In this document: in pieces, positions 17,270 to 25,561 of the stretch
How the letters are laid out: each line of letters begins with the position of its first letter
Position numbering within the stretch: the stretch's first letter is position 1
Assembly (NCBI GenBank): GCA_036867785.1
Contig: CP145417.1
Span: 1,364,001-1,389,561 of the forward strand
DNA length: 25,561 bases
Source of the DNA: Plasmodiophora brassicae
Lineage: Eukaryota
Direction of reading: 5' to 3'
The notes under the pieces: generated by a model
Databases searched by the model: none
What the model was told of the DNA's origin: nothing
The model's input: only the letters and a program-made list of their open reading frames with translations
Position numbers and translations under genes: made by a program

Positions 17270-19300
17270 ATGCTGCTGGTAGCGCGGCTGTCGTCGCCGC
17301 ACATTCGTCGCCCGCCCTGGCGGCGCCTGGCAGGGCGTTGCTGCTGGCGCGCCCTGCACGCGGATACGGCACCGATCGGCGCCGAGCCGCCGTCGCTGTG
17401 CGACCTGGTGGCGGCCGGCACCGAGAAGGACCACGGCCTGGACCGGTTGCACCCGGACGCCGAGCGGCGCAGGCACGCCTGGGCGACGGCGCTCTGCGAC
17501 GCCCCGTTCGTGCAGGTGTCGTCGGTGGCCGACCTGCCGATAGCGGCGCCGGATGGCACCCTGTACCGCTGCCGGGTGGACCTGGCGCCCGACCAGGCCG
17601 TCGCCGACCTGCTCCCCGACAGCCACCTGGCCACCAGCGCTGCGTTCGTCCCGAAGCAGCCTGCCGCCGACGACGTGCCGCTGGCGTCGCCGTCGTTCCT
17701 CGACGTGATCTGCCTGCCGGCGCCGATCGGCGATTTCGATCGCCCAGGCGGGCATTGGTCGCACGTCCTGTTCCTGAGCGAGGACGACTACGACATCGCC
17801 GGCGACATGCTGGCGGACGCGGCGAACCGGGTCCTGCTGGTCGGCAGCCCGGGCATCGGCAAGACGGCCCTGTTCTACAAGCTGGTCGCCTGCCTGGCCC
17901 GGCGCGCCGACCTGCTGCCCGACGAGGCGAGCGCGCGTATCCCTGCGGCGACGTCGATATCGACGATCGCCCGCGTCACGTCGCACAAGGCGTACCTGGG
18001 CATCGACGTGTACCGCCTGTGGCGTCCGGCGACCAGCAGCAACGACGTCGCGTGGTTCACGGTCACCTGTCACGACCTGCCGCTGGCGCTGCTGGATCGG
18101 CCCGACGTGCTCGTCCTGCTGGACCCGGCCGAGGCGAACACGCAGGCGCCGATGCAGCGGGCGAAGGTCGTCGCGATTCAGACGGCCGACAAGGAGCGCG
18201 ACCGGTACAAGGTGTTCGGCGCGACGCTGCCGTACGCGACGTACTTCTACCCGTGCCCGTCCGCCCAGCAGCTGCTGACGATGGGCAGCGTCATGCGACG
18301 GGCCGACGAGCGCCTGCACCAGCTGTACAGCGTCGAGGCGGTTCGCGACCGGATCAAGCGGTTCGGGCGGTACCCGCGCTACGTGCTGCCGGCGAACGAC
18401 AGCGATACGCGCCTGCACGCCATGCAGCAGGAGGGGGCCATGGCGAACCGCACGATGAACAAGCAGCACATCGACACGATGCTGCAGGTGCTGACGTCGC
18501 CGCCGGCGCCGAACACGACGAACCTGCAGATGTTCTACCACTGGGACCTCGTCATCGACGTCGAGCGGCGCGGCCCGCACCGGTACAGGGCGTACGCGCT
18601 GAACCTGGCCAGCCACGCGGTCGAGAAGGTCGTTCGGCGGCGCCTGTTCCTGATGAAGCTCGAGCTGGCCGGGCGCACGCTGATCGGGTACCAGACGGGC
18701 CGTCTGAACCTGTCGCCCAGCCCGATCTGGATCCTGTACCTGGCCTTCTTCGTCCAGCAGGTGCGCGTACGCGGCGGCATCCACTGGGATCGCGCCGTGA
18801 CGGCCTTCACGCTGGGCGGGCACTCGTTCGAGGCGGCGCCGGACGTCGCCGCCGACCCGGTCTGGGAGACCATCTCCATCGCCAAGCGCAAGAACTACGA
18901 GTTGGAGCAGGTCAAGCACTACGAGATGTACTTTGACTCGATCTACACGCCGCAGCAGGCCAGGTACCCGTTCGTCGACGCCGTCTGGCACGACGACGGC
19001 AAGACGTTGCACGCCGTGCGCGTGTCGCTGTCGGACACGCAGCCCAAGTCGGTGCAGGAGCTCAAGGACTTCATCGACGCGATCGGCCTGATGGACGAGA
19101 GCGCCAAGCGCCCGAAGAAGGTCATCGTCCACTACCTGCCGCTGCCGCGCGATGCGGCCAAGATGGCGATCGCGCCGCCGTCCGCCTTCTTCCTCAACGC
19201 CGACGACCCGGACACGCAGAAGGAGGTCAAATTCCTTCTGGACAGGTACCGCATCGAGTTCGACGTTATTCGGTCGCCGATCGGCGTTAATATCGAATGA
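17270..19300 (+). CDS. Crinkler/RHS-type P-loop NTPase with C-terminal restriction-endonuclease-like domain, 676 aa
   Basis: Single long ORF with strong codon bias. Walker A VLLVGSPGIGKT, Walker B-like VLVLLDP, IKRFGRYPRYVL helical-domain motif, and C-terminal YPFVDAVW...LHAVRVSLSDTQP resembling the P..DA...QxT core of CR-REases. Confidence 0.75.
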   Translation: MLLVARLSSPHIRRPPWRRLAGRCCWRALHADTAPIGAEPPSLCDLVAAGTEKDHGLDRLHPDAERRRHAWATALCDAPFVQVSSVADLPIAAPDGTLYRCRVDLAPDQAVADLLPDSHLATSAAFVPKQPAADDVPLASPSFLDVICLPAPIGDFDRPGGHWSHVLFLSEDDYDIAGDMLADAANRVLLVGSPGIGKTALFYKLVACLARRADLLPDEASARIPAATSISTIARVTSHKAYLGIDVYRLWRPATSSNDVAWFTVTCHDLPLALLDRPDVLVLLDPAEANTQAPMQRAKVVAIQTADKERDRYKVFGATLPYATYFYPCPSAQQLLTMGSVMRRADERLHQLYSVEAVRDRIKRFGRYPRYVLPANDSDTRLHAMQQEGAMANRTMNKQHIDTMLQVLTSPPAPNTTNLQMFYHWDLVIDVERRGPHRYRAYALNLASHAVEKVVRRRLFLMKLELAGRTLIGYQTGRLNLSPSPIWILYLAFFVQQVRVRGGIHWDRAVTAFTLGGHSFEAAPDVAADPVWETISIAKRKNYELEQVKHYEMYFDSIYTPQQARYPFVDAVWHDDGKTLHAVRVSLSDTQPKSVQELKDFIDAIGLMDESAKRPKKVIVHYLPLPRDAAKMAIAPPSAFFLNADDPDTQKEVKFLLDRYRIEFDVIRSPIGVNIE

Positions 19301-20717
19301 TGCGCGGAAGGGGGGCTACGACGACAACTGATGAACATATCTACCTTACGTACATTGTACAATATCTGGACAACATTACAGACGGTTTCTCCCTTCGTTG
19401 ACGTCGACGGCCGCAGGACGCGGATGGCAAGGTACGGCCCGGGATGCCGTCAGCCCAGTAGGGTGCCAGCTGGGCGACGTGGAACGCGTTGTGAGTCCAA
19501 CATGAGGCGGTGAACGCGACGCCCGTAAGGCAACTGAATGAGCCGCTACCATGCGAAGGTCGCTCACGGCATACGCTGTTGACGTCGGTGTGCGACGCTT
19601 GCCAACCTGGCACATGATTGCGTCTTCTCGAAACCTGCAATCAGAACATATGTTGCAGGACAAGGTCGGTACGCTCGGCGGACATGATCGTTCAGATCAT
19701 AGGACGACAATCGGCGATGTTGGACTCGGCAGGCGATCCACCACCACTGCGGAACCCGATCACCACCTCGGGCGCAGGGGCGGCAAAGCGCAAGGAGCTA
19801 GTACATGAGCTTGGCAAGGAGACACCCTGGACGAGGAGCAACAACGTGCTCGCACCCGCCGACGGTCGGTCATCAAGCCACGAGACCTGTAGCTGCCTGC
19901 GTGCGCTGTTGGCGCCTAACTCGATCGAGTCGTGGGGGCGACCCCGCAGCCGACGACGACCCCGCGGCAACGAACATGGGACAGACTGGGTGACGTGCCC
20001 GCACTCAGGCACGTCAACGAAGTGGTCCCTATGAGGCTCACCACAGGCTCTGGCAACAGGCGCCGTTCGGGAGCCGGTCCTTGCAGGCCTCGAGTTGCCG
20101 AACCAGATCGCGGGTGAAGCAGCTGTTCTCGTAAGTACTGCATGTCCTGATGGAATGAACAGTCCGCGTTCTGGTCGGCGTTGGCGACCGCGTTCACCTG
20201 CGGTGTAAGAATTTGAAGAGGTCGGAAGCCGCAAGAAGCGGCTTCCGCGTTTCCACCAGAGGTGGTTCGTTGCAGACCCTATACCGCTTGATCCGCAGCG
20301 GACGCGGAACGCCGCTGCCAACGATCACAGACAAACAGTACTGTCATCGCTGCCACCTTGATGACACCTTTGTCAGGTGCCTCCGCCGGTCTGGCGCTTG
20401 TCGATTAAGCCGGCCCACTCTCGCACCTTAAAACAGCCGTGATGCAACGCGATCGGGCAGAGGCCCAGCGAACGACTCCTGTGGCAACGGAGCCCTGCGA
20501 CCCCAAGCAGCATAGCCCCACGCTTTACTACGCGGGAAACGAGCTGCAACACTACGCGCACCGTCGTTAGCCCCGGGCGACGCATCACGCGGACACCACG
20601 ACGGATCATGCCTGGTGCCGTCGTTCGTCCTGGAGCCCGACCTAGTCGCTACTGATTGCGGTTACGTGCGCGAATGGGGACTTTAGCACTACGGAAAACG
20701 TGCATGACCAGCGGTCA

Positions 20718-22684
20718 TTATGTAAGCCGTTTCCCAGCCAATTCGGCCTCATACTTGTTGACGATGGGCTCAAGGACCTGCAAGACGCGATCGACGTTGA
20801 CGAACAGCTCGGATCCGTGTTCGCCGCTATCGGATCGTATGATCGTGTACGAAACGTTCAGCTTCGTTGCCGTGATCTTGTGGCAATCGTTGTACCAGTC
20901 GTTACCGAGCATGCCCACCTTCATGTAGATCTCAAGGATCGATGCGCCTGCACGCATAAACATTGAATTGGACAGCCCTGTGAAGGCATCCAGATCAGTT
21001 AACAGATAAGGGACCTGAAAGGGAGCCCCATCACGAACCTGCGCCATGAGGCCCGACGACGATATCAGCGTTATAGTGCATCGTGATCATATCGGGGACG
21101 CTGTCGCTAGGTGCAAACACGACTGTGTCCGCATTGGAGAACTTCCGGCGGATGGCTTCGACCAGGTCATCGTGGTTAGATATCGTCCTGGAGCCCGACC
21201 CACGATGCTGGATGACTATCTGGACATTGTCCTTGCGATCGCATAGCTCCGGGTGACGTTTGCTCCATTGCTCGCGGAACAGATCGCGAAACTGCCGCGC
21301 GGCTCTCGTATTCGCGCGAACTGAACTCAACGCTGTCAGTTGTATACAATGCATGTCAGCAGCAGATGAACCCACTCAGAGCCGTTGCTGTTGGCACCAG
21401 CAAACGCTCAACCTTGTACGCAGAACGAGGCGAATATGAAATGAAACGTGAGCGATCCAGCCCTGGTTGTAAGATGTGTAAGCCGGTGAGCAGAGTCAGT
21501 CGCAATCAAACCATGCTAACCGATGAGTTCATGGAGGAGCCATAGGCCATCTCTCGGCGGGTCATACGCGATGACTTTGACGCTAGGATTCTGCAGAAGG
21601 AAGTCGCGCACCAAGGCGAGTCGCAGGAACGACTCGATGAACCAGTGGTAGTACCTGACGACCCTACGCTTAGAACCCGGAACGCCAATGACTCTTGAGT
21701 GCGCCTTACCATGACCCCCAGTACTGTGCGATCAGTACGGCCGTCCCGGGGACCTCGTTTACAGCAGGATGCACTCGGGACAGAGGGTATGGGTCTACAA
21801 ATTTGTCAGGTCCTCCCTCCAGACCTGGGACAACGTGGGGGGCGACTTACTCCAGTGCGGAACGTCAGCTCCTCCAGGACGATACACCGTCGAACAGTCA
21901 TAAATGACGGATTCGTCACCCGTCACGTACGCCTATAGGAGACAGCGAATCAGAGACTGCAGCGGCGTCACGAGACACGCCAAAGGCAGACATGTTTGAA
22001 CAGGACGACCATGCCCTTCACTTCGTCGTAGTCGTAAGCGGGCAACCGGACGAACGAGATGCCGTGCGTACTGGATGATTCCAAAACGCCAATATCCTTG
22101 ATAACAGTGGTGATCGCGTTAGGTTCGTGGAACAAGGCCATGGACAAACAATTCCGCCGTCAGTAAGTACATACATGCTGTTGGTTGCCGATCGAAACCT
22201 CGATGCTGGATCTCGGGCAGCATGCGGATTGATGGCTTCAGAGCGAGAGTATCGAACGACGGCGCCCTCAGAGGGCGACCAATATGGTTATCGAGGTCTT
22301 TCGGTACAGAGACCTCGAAGGAGGAGGATACCCAGGGTGCGGCGTAGAGGTTGGAAACCAGAGCCCGGATCGCGAATGCAGTAGCAGTGCAGAGTGCGAG
22401 CAGGGTCAGTGAGGCGATCGCGGCGCGACCGGGATGCCTCTTCCAAGTCGCCAAACGGTATCGTATCGATGCACGCCACCGATGTGGAAGGAACGTAGGC
22501 AGGCCATGCACAGGCTGCCGTTGCATCTGCATCAACACTGGACGCTTGGATCTCGGCTCGTCTATTTCCGTTTCGCGGACCGGAGTCCTCTTTGATCCTT
22601 GCTGCCCCGAAGATCCGATCCTTCGGAACGGTGGGCGTGATTCACGGGCCGTCCGCTACGGAACATACCTCTTACATTCCCCAT
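20718..22684 (-). CDS. Glycosyltransferase family 61 (DUF563-like), type II membrane protein, multi-exon
   Basis: Spliced exons give the TM segment AAIASLTLLALCTATAFAI, QYWGSW|YYHWFIESFLRL (~21650), R..SRTISNHDDL, and ADIVVGPHGA|GLSNSMFMRAGASILEI (last intron 20978-21038). The 5' end is uncertain: either ATG 22684 with a mini-exon, or an ATG near 22530. Confidence 0.85.
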
Positions 22685-22977
22685 GAGGGTGATTCACGAT
22701 CCAGATAATGCGCTAAGGACCGTAACGACGGCAACTGTTAAACTTTGTCCATTACGAAATAACCGCAACTTGACCACGTGTCACGCCTTGACGGCGTCGC
22801 GTTGGTGAACCAAAGCAAGCAACGTTCCGGTCCATCAATGGCCCAAGAGTGCGCCATCAATGGAAACGGAATCGTCATTGTCCACGGTAACGACAACACC
22901 GACGGACGTCCTCGAGCAGATGAGGGTTCCGAATTAGCACATCCGGTATGGTGCCTGCACATAACAGTGGAAAAACA

Positions 22978-23736
22978 TTAGTGCCGAAGTAGTGTCCTTC
23001 CTTTAGCGACTTCTATACATGTATTGTAAGAATACAGCTGAGGCGTCGTGAGATCGGCGAGACAAACGTTGGCGGGACAGGAGGGACAGCGAATGGGGGC
23101 GGACTGCGACGACGGGCGCCACGACCGCGCGCGGAGCTCTAAGTCGGCCGCACTGTGTACGTCCGGTGGCGACGGGGCACGACATGGCGGCGGTGCTGGC
23201 AGCGGCGTGCCGTTCCAGGGCGGTAGGCGTGCTTGGCGCTTCGTACCAGCGTCTGGTTCGATCGATCGACTGATGACGCTAGCAATACAGCTTAGCACGA
23301 TGCCCGTTACCATCGTCGTCGGCGTGTGATGTTGAGCGCGTCGACAGCGACCGGCACGGCCGGCTGTGTCCTCTTGGGGGTTCGGCGGGATCCTCTCGGC
23401 GCTGCGGTCGTCGGTGTCATCGCCTGGCTCGTCGATGTCGATGGCGGCGTCTTCCGCGTTGCCGTTCTCGATGCTGCGCTCGGGAGGTTTCGCGACGCCG
23501 TCCTCGCGAATGATCAGCACGGGATCGTCGCGGGCATCGTCGCCGGTGCCGATTGCGTTCGGCGGTGCTGGTGCGTCGATGTCGTCTTCGACGTACGGTG
23601 GTCTTGCCTCCACACCGCCCAAGAACTCGGCCAGTGTCGGGTCGTCAAGGGCGCGTTCGGCCGTTTCCACGGCGACTCGCGCGTTGTCGTTCTCCACATC
23701 ATCGCTGAACTCCCCCGGGCGTCCAGGCGATTGCAA
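22978..23736 (-). other. Acidic low-complexity ORF lacking an ATG start; probable gene fragment
   Basis: A D/E/P/A-rich frame reads like real protein for ~120 codons, but its 5' end runs directly into the subtelomeric repeat boundary (~23730). Confidence 0.35.
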
Positions 23737-25213
23737 TGATCGGCGGGCGGCCAGGGCGCCGCCCTGCTCAGGAGCAGGTCGGCCCGAGGTTGGCTCCGCC
23801 CCGCCTAGGAACGACGACTACTACCCTGCAGGTGCTCGTGCTGAACAGTCGCTTGCAGGCCGGTCCTGCCAAGCATGTTAGAGGGTCTGCGCGCCTGCGC
23901 ATCAAGGAACAACTCGTACCTGTCCTGCAGCAATACGTCCAGCTGGACGTGTCGCCCACGCGTACGACACGTCTGGGCGAAAGGGGGTCCGTTGGGCCAT
24001 GGCGTCGTACGGCGGTGATGGCGGCGCGGGTCCTCAGCGGGCAGGCTGACGCCCCGGGGCGTCGACGACCTGCCCCACGTGGTGCCGAGCACAACTGGAT
24101 ATCGGGCGGCCTTGTAGGACGTTGCAGTGGGCGGCGACGGCGAGGCGACCGGCAGCGTCGTCGGGTGGTCGTTCGCGTCGACGACGCCCACCTGCATGTG
24201 ATGATGGCTGTGTACAGACCTGGTACCTGAACTGTACCTTGCCTCGACGTAACGTAGATAGGCGCCATCCAACGGCACATCGACAAGAGTCGCATTCCGA
24301 TGCCATGCGCGCGCCACCAGGTCGACAACGACGTGGACCTGGGGCGCACGTACGCACATTGGCGGGCGCTGGACGCGAGGCGTTGCTGGGCGTCGGGCGC
24401 GATCAACTGTTCTACATGCGTGTGTCCGTGTCCGACATGCCTGTATTGCTCGTCTGGTCGGATTGGCTGTAGCCGACACGCAGGTGGGGGCGATGTCGGC
24501 GCACGTCATCGGTGATGTGTGCCGCCGCTCTGCACCTAGTGCAGCGAGTACTGCTGTCCGGCGCAACCAAACGCCCGGACGACCTGCAGGGAGCATTTCC
24601 GCGCGTTTGCAACTGGTCTAGTTGTTCTGAACGGTTCTGGTAGTGGGTATACGCCGGGCAGGGAGGGCGGCTGGTCGTCGACGGCGGCGGTGGACACTAC
24701 AGCGTTTGCTGGAACCCGGTTGCCAGAAACTTTGTACGTGGCGCCCGCGGTCATGCCCGACCTGCGCACGTCGCTGGGATGGTCTGATCTGCCATCATTT
24801 GCCATGATCGACACACAGGAGGGGAGCGACGACGGCGCCCACGCCTGGCAACGGGCGCCGCCCCCTGCACCGGCCGTTTCTTCGAACGTTGCCGCTCGGT
24901 GCCGGCTGACGCCAGGACGACCTGCAGGTTCGGTGCACGCACGTGTAGACCTCTTCTGCTTGTGACGGCCGGGATGGCGGCGGGTCTTCGACGGCAGGCA
25001 GGCGTCCGCATGTCGACCGGCGGCAAGTGGCGCTGGGCACCGCTGGCCTGCTGGACGGTCTGCACGACAGGCAAGCGACGCTCGCCAGGTGGACGGGGAC
25101 CTCAGTGGCGCCCTTGGTTGTTCGGCACACACATCGATGCATGGTGTAGGTCAGGGGCGCGCCAGACCGATCGCAGCGACCGGCGGGCGGCAAGGACGCC
25201 GACTCAGCTGAGG
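23729..25213 (+). pseudogene. Telomere-adjacent ~1.44-kb repeat unit; probable decayed RecQ-like helicase
   Basis: Imperfect direct repeat at 23729-23772 and 25169-25213, period 1440 bp. Broken + frames give QEQV (23769), VVVRVDDAHL..YRP (24165-24221), VPCLDVT*IGAIQRHIDKS (24234-24290), PTRR (24473), VDTTAFAGTRLPETLYVAPAVMP (24690-24758) and TQEGSDDGAHA (24813-24845), resembling RecQ motifs Ia, II, III, IV, V and VI in order. Confidence 0.5.
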
Positions 25214-25561
25214 GTTTTTTTTAGGGTTTTTTTAGGTTAGGGTTTTTTAGGGTTTTTTAGGGTTTTAGGGTTTTAGGGTTTTAGGGTTTTAGGGTTTTAG
25301 GGTTTTTTAGGGTTTTAGGGTTTTAGGGTTTTAGGGGCTTTAGGGTTTTTAGGGTTTTAGGGTTTTAGGGTTTTAGGGTTTTAGGGTTTTAGGGTTTTAG
25401 GGTTTTAGGGTTTTAGGGTTTTAGGGTTTTAGGGTTTTAGGGTTTTAGGGTTTTAGGGTTTTAGGGTTTTAGGGTTTTAGGGTTTTAGGGTTTTAGGGTT
25501 TTAGGGTTTTAGGGTTTTAGGGTTTTAGGGTTTTAGGGTTTTAGGGTTTTAGGGTTTTAGG
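25211..25561 (+). repeat. Telomeric array (TTTTAGGG)n
   Basis: About 350 bp of TTTTAGGG to the window end, G-rich strand running 5'->3' toward the end, with variant units in the proximal ~140 bp. Confidence 0.99.

Noticed and set aside
16647-17372. Long N-terminal extension of MADS 4 in the 487-aa ORF
   Set aside because: MADS domains start at MGR. The extension begins at a non-ATG codon and is promoter and minisatellite sequence.
16907-19132. 741-aa minus-strand ORF and 532-aa alternative-frame ORF
   Set aside because: Shadow ORFs of the GC3-rich NTPase gene, extended by the stop-free minisatellite; no motifs.
19301-20700. Several 60-210 aa ORFs between the NTPase and GT61 genes
   Set aside because: No recognisable motifs, codon bias or consistent splice model; left unannotated.
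25211-25561. Chlamydomonas as source (same telomere motif)
   Set aside because: The very short introns, intronless compact genes and tight gene spacing fit a plasmodiophorid better; not formally excluded without a search.

Overview
Right end of a eukaryotic chromosome, terminating in a (TTTTAGGG)n telomere at 25211-25561. The DNA is GC-rich and gene-dense, with short (about 50-80 nt) GT-AG introns. The telomere motif, intron size and a fragment of the flagellar central-pair gene HYDIN best fit a plasmodiophorid such as Plasmodiophora brassicae; this is inferred and not checked by search. Genes: four divergent MEF2-like MADS-box genes, a stand-alone N-CoR/SMRT-type SANT (DAD-like) gene, a SAM-like/2TM/Cys-rich gene, two near-identical copies of a 134-aa membrane-anchored protein, a 4-exon bacterial-type glucokinase with an N-terminal anchor, a Crinkler/RHS-type P-loop NTPase with a nuclease-like domain, a multi-exon GT61 glycosyltransferase and several unknown ORFs. 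Structure: a ~2-kb direct duplication (7037-9029 / 11881-13832) flanks a 2.85-kb insert carrying the HYDIN 3' end and a relic of the subtelomeric repeat. There is also a ~450-bp imperfect palindrome, several minisatellites, and a ~1.44-kb telomere-adjacent unit whose broken reading frames show RecQ-helicase-like motifs in the expected order. All calls are by eye, without database searches.
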